Below, piece by piece: positions 26,204-34,718 of a stretch of DNA of 35,304 nucleotides. The notes beneath the pieces are model-generated. The model ran no database searches and had not been told where the DNA came from. It saw nothing but the letters and a program-made list of their open reading frames with translations. Location of the stretch: positions 1 through 35,304 of the IMG/VR virus record IMGVR_UViG_3300014656_000080; one strand, written 5' to 3'. The stretch comes from a virus. Its lineage: Duplodnaviria; Caudoviricetes. The translations under genes and the position numbers were made by a program. The first letter of the stretch is position 1; every line of letters begins with the position of its first letter.

Positions 26204-27619
26204 CTAAGACTGACCGACGTTGATCAACTTTACCCATTTTTTCGGGGCATAGAGGATGAATGTCATGTAACAAAGGATCATCCACCGGATGGAAGGGGCC
26301 AGAGTGGCCAGATCCATTTTCATCAGGGGAGCGAGCTGTTTAACCGAAACGACCTGGGGAGACAATTCGCCGATATAGGCAGTTGAGGTGTTGGCAACCA
26401 GATAACCAGTTTCACGGTAAGTGGTGGTTCCGGAGGCATTCTGGCTATTGGCAGCGATTCTTTTGATAAAATATTTCATCGAACCGTCGGCAACAGTTTT
26501 ATACAGGTTATAATATTCCGGGGCATTGGTTATGGCTGCGGCATTGGTGATGGTCAAAGTCGTACCGAGGGAACCTGTGGCAACAACCAGATCATCAGTA
26601 ATGGCAGTGGCAACAGATTCACCATAACGGTTGACGGCAGATACAGCATAGCTGTAAGTACCGATTCCACCATGACCTGTCCAAACGCCATCATCACCGT
26701 CCATTACGGCGGCGGCCAGGGAAGCGGGAGCTTCAGGGGCTTTGGGGGCAGTGGAAGAACTTGGGGCAATTTTATTGGCATTAAGAAAAACATCGGGGTT
26801 CAACTGAAGCCGACCAAAGGGAGTGTTCACACCACGAACGTTTGTGCCGACATCGATACCCTGTGCAGATGTGGGCATGTTGATACGTTCTGCTGGAATG
26901 ACAGATTTGGAGAAAGCTTCATGGGCGCCGAAGGAATAGAAAACATCGGTGGGATTACCATAGTTGCTGGCGATCTGTTGGGCCGCAAAGTCAAAATTGG
27001 CCTCAGAAAGGGTTGCACCTTTGATATCGATAACGTTGCCAGCATCGATCTGTTTGCCAAGGCCGTTGAACTCAACACCTTCACGATGGGTGGAATCGGT
27101 GGCAGAACCGCCATAACACATATCGGCATCACCGTTGAAAAGGCCCTGCTCCAGGTTTTTTAGAATCCAAAGGATACCATTTGCATTTTCCTGGGCAATA
27201 ACATCACCAATACTGGATTTAACCAATGTCATGGGATGGGAAACGGATCTGGTTGTACCCATGAACTTAACAAGCTCCACGGCACGATTGTAAGAACTGT
27301 CTTCCGTTTCGGGAAGTGTGCCTTCAGGGAGAAACGCCCCGGATTCGCCACCAACACCCGAGAGCTGGTTGTACTCTTCAACGGTGGAGTAAGCGGGTGT
27401 TTTGGGAACTTTTCCCCAAAAGGCGCAATGTTTGGCCTGGTGGGTGAGGACTTTCAAAGAAGCCTCAAGGGATTCAACCCTTAACGCCCCACCGCCGGAA
27501 CTGGGGGAAATTTCATGGCCAGCTTCAAGGGCTTTATTAAGGGACTCAACTTCTCGCATGTTTGAAATGCCAAGGGAATGCACGTCTTCGTACTGTGCAA
27601 GGGTGATAATATCGTTCAT
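26204..27619 (-). CDS. Major capsid protein (Twort/K/SPO1-like, 471 aa)
   Basis: LNKAL cleavage-type site; GGALRVESLEASLKVLT; STVEEYNQ; VKFMGTTRSVS; C-terminal LAPLMKMDLA...PKKWV. Confidence 0.93.
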   Translation of the reverse strand: MNDIITLAQYEDVHSLGISNMREVESLNKALEAGHEISPSSGGGALRVESLEASLKVLTHQAKHCAFWGKVPKTPAYSTVEEYNQLSGVGGESGAFLPEGTLPETEDSSYNRAVELVKFMGTTRSVSHPMTLVKSSIGDVIAQENANGILWILKNLEQGLFNGDADMCYGGSATDSTHREGVEFNGLGKQIDAGNVIDIKGATLSEANFDFAAQQIASNYGNPTDVFYSFGAHEAFSKSVIPAERINMPTSAQGIDVGTNVRGVNTPFGRLQLNPDVFLNANKIAPSSSTAPKAPEAPASLAAAVMDGDDGVWTGHGGIGTYSYAVSAVNRYGESVATAITDDLVVATGSLGTTLTITNAAAITNAPEYYNLYKTVADGSMKYFIKRIAANSQNASGTTTYRETGYLVANTSTAYIGELSPQVVSVKQLAPLMKMDLATLAPSIRWMILCYMTFILYAPKKWVKLINVGQS

Positions 27620-27653
27620 TTTGTTTCCTCCATATGGATAAAAAATAAAAGCA

Positions 27654-27667
27654 AGTAATTATTTACT
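27654..27667. promoter_or_regulatory. AGTAA-N4-TTACT operator upstream of the major capsid gene
   Basis: AGTAATTATTTACT, identical to the copies at 16198 and 23445. Confidence 0.6.
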
Positions 27668-27687
27668 GTAAAGCAAGGTTAAAAAAA

Positions 27688-28431
27688 CTACTGGGTCATA
27701 CCAAGTGCTTTTGCGGCTTTTGGGGAGAGTTCCCCAGTGGAATCATACCGGACAATATCCATGGCAGTGATACCGTCAATGCTTTTCTCAAGGGCCTGAT
27801 CCATCATTTTCAGGACATCCTTTTTGGTGGTGGGAGCGCTGGTTTCACTTTCGCCAAACGATTTGGAAAAGGTGGTTAAACTCTTCCGGCCTTGAGGGGC
27901 ATCAGCAAGGGTATCGAAGGATTTGGCGAGTTTGTCCATTTCACCCATGTTTTGGGTGATCCCCCTATCCATTTCTGTAAAACTGGTTTTCAGGGACTTG
28001 GCCAGTTCGCCGTTGAAAGCCATGACACCGGACAGAGATTTTTCCATGCTGTCCATGCGGGTTTCAATGGATTTTTTAATGGAATCAAGGGCAAAGCCCA
28101 CCTGATCCACAAGATCACCAAGGAAGTCACTGACTTCAATTGCCTTCTCAATGGTTTCAGAACCCTCGATAGCGGAATCAGCAAAGGATTTTTCAACATC
28201 GTCATCGTCATCATCTTCATCGTCCGTGGGAAAACCCTTTTCAATAACTTCGTCGGTGTCGGTCGCTCCATCCTCATCTCCATCGACGGATTTGGAAAGG
28301 TCATCCTCATCGATGGATTTGGAAAGATCTTCTTCTCCGGTGTCCATGATTCCCTTTGCCAGGTTTTCCAAAGCGTCAAGGGATTTCATAAAATCCTTTT
28401 CCTCGACTGTCTCACCTTTCTTATTTTTCAT
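27688..28431 (-). CDS. Capsid scaffolding protein
   Basis: Acidic, helical, between protease and capsid; more than ten hydrophobic-x-K-[SAG] motifs; PQGRKS near the C-terminus. Confidence 0.8.
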   Translation of the reverse strand: MKNKKGETVEEKDFMKSLDALENLAKGIMDTGEEDLSKSIDEDDLSKSVDGDEDGATDTDEVIEKGFPTDDEDDDDDDVEKSFADSAIEGSETIEKAIEVSDFLGDLVDQVGFALDSIKKSIETRMDSMEKSLSGVMAFNGELAKSLKTSFTEMDRGITQNMGEMDKLAKSFDTLADAPQGRKSLTTFSKSFGESETSAPTTKKDVLKMMDQALEKSIDGITAMDIVRYDSTGELSPKAAKALGMTQ

Positions 28432-28456
28432 TGCGTGATTACCTCCAAATATTAAA

Positions 28457-29377
28457 TTAATTTAAAAAATCGATAACAGTTTTATCAAAGAGTAGATCAA
28501 CCATTTTTTTAGCGGCGGCATCGCTGTAACCTCTTTCTTTGACAATCTCTATTGCTTGGGATTTGTTTAGTCTTTTTTTGACATCTTCAGGGACTATGCC
28601 AGAATCAATTTCTTCATCATCTTCCTCCTCTCCTTGTGGAATGTCTTGATTTTTTAAATCTCTTTCCAACGATTCTTTTCTCAAAGCAGAACCGCCAGAT
28701 GCAGGTGGGGATTGGTGACCAGCCTCTAAAGACTTCTCAGTTTCTTCCCCGTTTATTGGGAGAGTTTTTTTGAGTTCTTTTAAGGCATCGGTAACTGATT
28801 TTGTGAGGGAGTCTTCGAGCTTCACCAAAGCTTCTTGGGTTGTGGTATTTGGTTCATCAGCAAACCCATCTTTTTCGATTCTTGCCGAAAGGGACTTACA
28901 AATATTCATGTAAGTATCGGGGTGTACTGGCTCAGCGGTAATGGCAATATCTTTAATCCAAGATTTGTTGATAATTTTACCTGCCCGTTCGTTGACTCTC
29001 CCTTCAACTGAAAAACCCAATTGCCGATCACCGCCGGATTTTTGCAAGGCGGCGGCAAGTTCAACAATGTCTTGGGCTCTTTGTGTATCCAAAAGATAAC
29101 CCTTAACGTGTAACCCCTTAGCTGTGTGTTCTGCGTATGTAGGAACTCCGACTTTACCGCCGGAATCTTTGGCATGGTTGTCATTAAAAAAACCACGTTT
29201 GAGGAAATACGAAAGATCCATCCCTTTTTGGATAACAGTCTCCCCGGAAATATCAGGGGATTGGATTGAGGCAATACCTTCTATCTCAATTCTACCGTCA
29301 CGGGATTTTTTCAGATCAAATGGAATGTGGAATCTAAAACTTCCATCTTCTTTCAAACCAAGGGCACTGTCAGACAT
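28457..29377 (-). CDS. Prohead protease (HK97/U35-like fold)
   Basis: IEGIAS...D..GE, NDNH (His), GFSVEG (Ser), IAITAEPVHPDT; ATG at 29377 with RBS GAGGTG. Confidence 0.9.
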   Translation of the reverse strand: MSDSALGLKEDGSFRFHIPFDLKKSRDGRIEIEGIASIQSPDISGETVIQKGMDLSYFLKRGFFNDNHAKDSGGKVGVPTYAEHTAKGLHVKGYLLDTQRAQDIVELAAALQKSGGDRQLGFSVEGRVNERAGKIINKSWIKDIAITAEPVHPDTYMNICKSLSARIEKDGFADEPNTTTQEALVKLEDSLTKSVTDALKELKKTLPINGEETEKSLEAGHQSPPASGGSALRKESLERDLKNQDIPQGEEEDDEEIDSGIVPEDVKKRLNKSQAIEIVKERGYSDAAAKKMVDLLFDKTVIDFLN

Positions 29378-29400
29378 AAACACCTCACACAATTTGGGAT

Positions 29401-29453
29401 AAAAAAAAGGGGGTCAACAAATTGGAGCAATGGCCAATTTGAAAACCCCCTTT
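29401..29453 (-). terminator. Terminator/attenuator-like hairpin in the protease leader
   Basis: Minus strand AAAGGGGGT-ttt-CAAATTGG-loop-CCAATTTG-ttg-ACCCCC followed by T8. Confidence 0.6.
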
Positions 29454-29508
29454 AAAAATGGAGCTTGACGGCTCGTTACATACGAACCTCCCTAATTTAA
29501 AAAAACTA

Positions 29509-29555
29509 AGTAACTAATTACTTTGATTATAAGAGAAAAAGTTAATGCCTGTCAA
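29509..29555 (-). promoter_or_regulatory. Sigma70-type promoter plus operator for the head operon
   Basis: Minus strand TTGACA (29555-29550), 18 bp spacer, TATAAT (29531-29526); AGTAACTAATTACT at 29509-29522. Confidence 0.78.
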
Positions 29556-29775
29556 CATCAAAAATCACATGTCGCAACCTTTTTTTTACATGTTCAGACT
29601 GAGGTGATAAGTTCAAAGTGACAGGAACTTCTATATTAGACCTACATTTTAAACACTTAGCTAAACATTTACTATTTTCAAATACAAGGATATTTGTTCG
29701 CAATTTTTGTTTACCATCATAATCTCGAATGATTTCATTTTGACAGTTTGGGCATTTTAGAGTTCTTTGAACCAT
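29542..29775 (-). CDS. Zn-ribbon protein, Mu Com-like
   Basis: LKCPNC...AKCLKCR two CxxC knuckles; RBS AAGGAGG. Confidence 0.7.
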   Translation of the reverse strand: MVQRTLKCPNCQNEIIRDYDGKQKLRTNILVFENSKCLAKCLKCRSNIEVPVTLNLSPQSEHVKKRLRHVIFDVDRH

Positions 29776-29783
29776 ATACCTCC

Positions 29784-30623
29784 TTAATTCGTTGCAGGTC
29801 TTTTCTTGAAAGTGATTCTGTCTTTGGAATCGAAGGTTTGAATTTTTGGGTCAAACCGCATGACTTCACAAAAGCAGTGGGGGTGTAAAGGGGGAAGGCC
29901 GGGTTCCTTTTTCAATTCGGCTGCCTTCCGGCCAACATTGTTCCGAGAAGAAAGTTCTTTCAAAGAAAAAACCTTCGGTGTTCCTCCTTTGGAATATGCT
30001 GCCCTGCACAGGTCACAACAATCAGAATGCGATCTGATAATAACGGTGACATCATCACCAAATTGTTTCCGAAGGCCCTGAGCTGTCCCTTGAGTGCGGG
30101 CATTATGAATTTCGGTGTTCACAATGCGGTGCCAATCACGTTGAACGTCCTTTGTGGATACTCGTAGTAGGGTTACCATCTGAGAATGAGTTTTACGGGC
30201 TTTAACTCCTTCTGAAAGGGTTTCCCGTATTTTCCCGAGCATGGCCATTTCCCGGGTAGAATCATGGACAATTCTCAATGTGGTTGCCTCGATGGTGTTG
30301 CCCAAACCTTTACAATACATGGCGGCATTGGTACTGAGCCATTCGGCAGCTTGTTTCTCAATTTCGGATAAAGGCATGGCCAATATAGCAGCCTTAATCA
30401 CCGGATAGGAGGCAATTGCCATGGAGGGATCTAAAGTGGATAGGATGCCGTAAAGATAAGCGTCCTCTATGACAGATCCGGTATCCCCTTTGAACATCCC
30501 TTTACTTCGGAGTTTATCGATATCCAGGCCGGGGAGCGCAATGCCGGTTGTCAGGTAAGTGGAGATGCCAACCCGTTCCTGGATGATTTGGATGATCTCT
30601 TCAATTTCAGTCTTTGTTAACAT
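29784..30623 (-). CDS. MuF-like (SPP1 gp7-like) minor head protein
   Basis: RDWHRIVNTE, CCDLC and PPLHPHCFC motifs; ATG at 30623 with RBS GGGAGG. Confidence 0.85.
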   Translation of the reverse strand: MLTKTEIEEIIQIIQERVGISTYLTTGIALPGLDIDKLRSKGMFKGDTGSVIEDAYLYGILSTLDPSMAIASYPVIKAAILAMPLSEIEKQAAEWLSTNAAMYCKGLGNTIEATTLRIVHDSTREMAMLGKIRETLSEGVKARKTHSQMVTLLRVSTKDVQRDWHRIVNTEIHNARTQGTAQGLRKQFGDDVTVIIRSHSDCCDLCRAAYSKGGTPKVFSLKELSSRNNVGRKAAELKKEPGLPPLHPHCFCEVMRFDPKIQTFDSKDRITFKKRPATN

Positions 30624-30825
30624 CCATCCTCCCATGCCCAAGACCTTTTTGGTACCAATGGTTTTGGAGAAAATCTATACGGCCTTGGCATTTGGTACAA
30701 AGAAAACTTCTCTTCATGAACCGTTTTTCATCCTCTTTGAATTCATGGGGGCCGGGGCACTCATCTAACCGACGGATATTTACCTTTACCTCTTCCAAAA
30801 GTTTTTTGAGTTCACCTTTACCCAC
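30607..30825 (-). CDS. Small Zn-binding hypothetical protein
   Basis: GTG start with RBS GAGGAGG; CPGPHEF...CTKC. Confidence 0.6.
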   Translation of the reverse strand: MGKGELKKLLEEVKVNIRRLDECPGPHEFKEDEKRFMKRSFLCTKCQGRIDFLQNHWYQKGLGHGRMDVNKD

Positions 30826-31030
30826 TAATAACCTCCTCAATTCCTGCCACCATGGAATTCATCTGGGAAGAAAAAGCCATAGTAGAACCAACGGCCATGG
30901 CCTCCAAAGCTGGTGACCTGAATTTACGTTTTGGCCGTTGGATTCCAAGACGGACTGAATGGAGGGCCTTTTCAAGGGTTTCCTCCAATTCATAGTCCGA
31001 TAAGTTATGTTCAAAATTGACTGAAGTCAT
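30818..31030 (-). CDS. Small hypothetical head-region protein with LEKA motif
   Basis: Coupled (TAATG) to the upstream gene; contains LEKAL. Confidence 0.6.
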   Translation of the reverse strand: MTSVNFEHNLSDYELEETLEKALHSVRLGIQRPKRKFRSPALEAMAVGSTMAFSSQMNSMVAGIEEVISG

Positions 31031-31617
31031 TACACTCTATCATCCAAATCTATCGGAGGAAGGGGAGACTTGTCCCTGAAGAAAGCCTTGAAAGTACCAC
31101 GTTTTGTGGCCATGGCTTCAAGGTGTTCCTCGGGGTAACCGGCAGCAATTAAGTTTTGCCGTTCTTCCTCGATCATGGCATGTTCTTCAGGGGTAAACAT
31201 GGTGCGGGTTGGGAGAAGTGGTTCCCGTTCAAGGACAGCCTCAACCAATTCATGTTCCAGTTGACAGATGTCAACCACAAGATCGAGATCCCCCAATTTT
31301 TTAGCAATTTGGTCAGCATCAACCGGGAGAATTTTTCGGAAATCTGCTGTGACATCTTCTCCTTGGTATGTATCTGCCTTGTAATTGGTTAGAAGTGCTT
31401 TGCCCTTCTCATACCCTTTCCGAATTTCTTCAATGTACTTTCTCCCTCGTTCTTTGAGGGTCAAATACCGGCAGGTGTTAAAAAGGAGAAGAAGCCCACC
31501 TTCAATCTCGCTTAGATCTTCGGGGTCATGTTCCCATTTGGTTCTCAGATATTTGTAAGCCTTATCCTCAAATTCTTTGCCCTGATAATCTTCAAGTTCA
31601 CTCGGTTTGTGATCCAT
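31030..31617 (-). CDS. Hypothetical protein
   Basis: About 195-aa ORF filling the space between coupled neighbours; ATG at 31617 with GGAG RBS. Confidence 0.7.
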   Translation of the reverse strand: MDHKPSELEDYQGKEFEDKAYKYLRTKWEHDPEDLSEIEGGLLLLFNTCRYLTLKERGRKYIEEIRKGYEKGKALLTNYKADTYQGEDVTADFRKILPVDADQIAKKLGDLDLVVDICQLEHELVEAVLEREPLLPTRTMFTPEEHAMIEEERQNLIAAGYPEEHLEAMATKRGTFKAFFRDKSPLPPIDLDDRV

Positions 31618-31630
31618 ATTTTTCTCCAAT

Positions 31631-33664
31631 CTATTTTTTAGTCGGTGGGGTGAGTTTTGAGGTCAGCCATGCAGTGGACAGCGTTTTATCATTCGGGTTG
31701 TAGCGGTACCAATCTTTAACTTCGAACCGATCCGGTACTTTTTTGGAGGTGGTCGGGATCATATCTTTCAATGTGGCATCAAGGATTTCAGCATGGAATT
31801 CAGTTGGAATTCTTTTGTTGTAATCTCCTGGGAAAAGTTTCCCATCCACAATATCTTCGACCATGGACACCATTTTTGGAACATATGCAACATTAGAGCC
31901 GTGTTTAATAAGTTTCTGGGCAATTGAGGCCCGGGCGCTCCTACCACCGTCGTACTTTTCTTGGACGGCTTTAATGGTGGGGTAATCCTTGGCATCAACA
32001 CCAGTGATTTCTCTTTTTCTCTTCATCTTACTGCGGTATTGGATCGCTTGTTTCAGTGTATGGGCAAATTCAGGATCTTGATCGGCCTCATCTTTGTAAG
32101 CTTTCAACATCTTGAGGGTATCTTTGGCAAGCTGGAGTTCAATAGTTTTTTTGGCAAACGGTTGGCCAAAACTATTCATCAATTTCCCATGTAGTTCGGT
32201 GGCGGCCTCTCCCTTTGTGATTGAAGCCTCTCCGACACCAAGGCCGGTCATACGCATGAGTACATCGGCATATTCGTCATTATCGGCGTACCATGACATC
32301 ATATCGGCTTCATCCGCCAGGATCTCATGAAAGATAAGAACGTCAAGCATGTTAACGAAAGCACCACCACCGATATCATCAGTTGTTCCTTGGGGATCTT
32401 CCTCAATGGTGGAACCGGAAATTGTGGCAGAAGTATCCGTCATCATGTCTTTCCGGTCACGAAGGATATTTATCTGGTGAAGTTGTTGGGCTTTTTTAGC
32501 CGTGGCATCTTTGACATATTGGTGCAGGCGGGCCTGTAATGTGGGGGCTAAAAAGGGTTCAAAGGTTTCCACCGCATTGGCGATTTTATCTATGAGATCG
32601 ACCCCGGATATTTCTGAAGGATCAACGGTGGGATACTTTTGTACCTCTGTGTTAACGACCCGTTCGATATACGCCCAGTTCTCAAAAATGATAGCCTGTT
32701 TAACATCTGGATCTAAAACCGCATTGCCATGGTTATCATATGACATCTTACCGTTGACATGCAATTCACCGGTTTCCAGTTGCCGGCTCAGTTTTTTGTC
32801 CTTAGTATCTTTGGGGGTTTCGGACAACCCGGCCCGGATATAAGCACCGTTTTCAACCATTTTCTGAAAACGTTCTTTTGGGACAAACCCCTGTTGTTTC
32901 GTCCCGGCGGCGGCGTTCATAATTTTGATATGGTAGCTGGTGTCGGTTACATTACTGATAAACACCTTAACCTCATCAGAAACACGCTGGAACATAACGC
33001 CCTTTGCGATCTCTTTATTGAGCCGTTCATGACGGGCCTTATAGGTTTCCTTGGCCGGGATACCGCTTTGTTTTAAAGCCCAATCCTTGCTGACGATCAT
33101 GTCTTTGCCTTTCCGGTTTTTAACCATGACCGTCTTTGGGGCAATCGCCTTTAGTGTGTCATCAGTTTTCCGATGAACCAGTTCAAGATTCCCAACCCCG
33201 ATGGGGTCACTGCCTTTCCAAGCTCCGTTTTTATCTTCAAACTTAACGGAGGTACGGGGTGAAGCGTTCCCTTTCGTGGTATGACTGCCAACAAAAATCC
33301 CTATCTCCCCTTTTTTGGGGCCCTTAGTAATCCGGACTTTATCACCGTGGGAAAAGTGGTGTAATAGGTTCAGGTCGATATCGTTATCGGACTCGATCTG
33401 TTTGTGATGGTCTGCCCGATCTCCACCAAGGAAATGGCCAACCAGGTTGAGTTTGGTCTTTGTGGTTTTTTTTGCATCTTTATTCGGGTTGACCCAATGG
33501 ATTCGTTTTACCCCATCTTTCCCAAGAATAACAGTTGGGATAAGTCTGGAATAATAGGCATGTTTAAAAAGAGCTTTTTCAAGGGCTTCACTTTCACTGT
33601 GCGAAGCTCCAAAAATTTCATTCAGGGTAAAAATGTTTGATTTTTTTAGTTCAATAATATTCAT
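31631..33664 (-). CDS. 677-aa multi-domain protein: propeptide-like N-terminus, KOW motif, divergent sigma70-like regions 2 and 4
   Basis: LEKA; GDKVRITKGPKKGEIG (KOW); AIIFENWAYIERVV...IANAVETFEP (region 2-like); DVLMRMTGL...TKGEAATEL...KDTLKMLK (region 4-like). Confidence 0.6.
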   Translation of the reverse strand: MNIIELKKSNIFTLNEIFGASHSESEALEKALFKHAYYSRLIPTVILGKDGVKRIHWVNPNKDAKKTTKTKLNLVGHFLGGDRADHHKQIESDNDIDLNLLHHFSHGDKVRITKGPKKGEIGIFVGSHTTKGNASPRTSVKFEDKNGAWKGSDPIGVGNLELVHRKTDDTLKAIAPKTVMVKNRKGKDMIVSKDWALKQSGIPAKETYKARHERLNKEIAKGVMFQRVSDEVKVFISNVTDTSYHIKIMNAAAGTKQQGFVPKERFQKMVENGAYIRAGLSETPKDTKDKKLSRQLETGELHVNGKMSYDNHGNAVLDPDVKQAIIFENWAYIERVVNTEVQKYPTVDPSEISGVDLIDKIANAVETFEPFLAPTLQARLHQYVKDATAKKAQQLHQINILRDRKDMMTDTSATISGSTIEEDPQGTTDDIGGGAFVNMLDVLIFHEILADEADMMSWYADNDEYADVLMRMTGLGVGEASITKGEAATELHGKLMNSFGQPFAKKTIELQLAKDTLKMLKAYKDEADQDPEFAHTLKQAIQYRSKMKRKREITGVDAKDYPTIKAVQEKYDGGRSARASIAQKLIKHGSNVAYVPKMVSMVEDIVDGKLFPGDYNKRIPTEFHAEILDATLKDMIPTTSKKVPDRFEVKDWYRYNPNDKTLSTAWLTSKLTPPTKK

Positions 33665-33737
33665 GAATTACCTCACGAAAAACAACGTATATATTTATTT
33701 ACTTTTATAACAATTCCAGTTTCAACGCAAACTCTTT

Positions 33738-34718
33738 TTACTTGGGTGTCTTGGGCTCGAAGTGTACTCCAACCCAACCACTTTGTTCATCATAATCAAG
33801 ACCAGCTTCCCAGTTTTTCATGGAATGTTTCTTTAAAATGGCATCGGCTGCCTGTTGAACTTTTAAATCCACATTACCCTGGTCGTTGGTCAACTCTTTA
33901 TCATTGTCGAGATATAAACTTACCGAGCCATCATCGTTCAATTCGACGGCCTTCTTTTTGGCACCAAGTTCTTTGGAAACCCTGTCATAAAGATCTTTTC
34001 TAAAATCTTCTGTTTTTAATAGCAAATCATGGCGCTCAACGACTTCATGGGGATCACGTCCCGAAGCATAAACATCGGCCTTGTGCAGGGTGAGGAGGGA
34101 ACCAAAATTGGGATGTTTGACAAACTTGTGGGCTGCGGAAGTTTCCGCCCTGAGAATCTGTGTCCGGAGATTACCATGATGAAGAACTAAATAGGAAATT
34201 TCCGCAGAATCGGTTTTGTTAAAGCCCAGGCGGGTAAGGACTTTTTCCACCATTTTGTACCCCGCATGCTCATGACCGTCAAAGATCACTCCACGGGTCT
34301 TGTGAAATGTCTGGGTTTCAACCTTGCCGATATCATGGAGGAGGGTTGCCCATAGGATATTATCACTGGCATCGGCGGGGAGGTGTTTAAATAATTCCAT
34401 GGTATGATCAAAGGCATCTGGTAAGGGGTGGTGTTCCCCCTGCTCGACACCATAAAGGTTAAGGACTTCGGGAATGGTCTTGGCAAACCCGCCGGTCTTA
34501 ATCTTCTCTGTGAGTTCTTCCCGGCCTTTCTCTGTGTGTAAAAGGTCGGTAATAGCCTCACGCATTTTGATCATGCCCGGATCTGGGGCATTAATAAAGT
34601 GTTTAGCCCAGGAGGACCTTTTCTTCCCGGACTTTGTACGTTTATCATCATGGCTTTTAACGACTGTCACTTTACCCGTTTTTTTATCTGTCCGAGAGTA
34701 TGTTTTTACATGGGACAT
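33738..34718 (-). CDS. HD-domain phosphohydrolase resembling the HD domain of CCA-adding enzymes, with N-terminal SHVK motif
   Basis: QGEHHP..DAFDHT, ATLLHDIGK, FDGHE, YLVLHH and ADV motifs; no nucleotidyltransferase domain. Confidence 0.82.
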   Translation of the reverse strand: MSHVKTYSRTDKKTGKVTVVKSHDDKRTKSGKKRSSWAKHFINAPDPGMIKMREAITDLLHTEKGREELTEKIKTGGFAKTIPEVLNLYGVEQGEHHPLPDAFDHTMELFKHLPADASDNILWATLLHDIGKVETQTFHKTRGVIFDGHEHAGYKMVEKVLTRLGFNKTDSAEISYLVLHHGNLRTQILRAETSAAHKFVKHPNFGSLLTLHKADVYASGRDPHEVVERHDLLLKTEDFRKDLYDRVSKELGAKKKAVELNDDGSVSLYLDNDKELTNDQGNVDLKVQQAADAILKKHSMKNWEAGLDYDEQSGWVGVHFEPKTPK

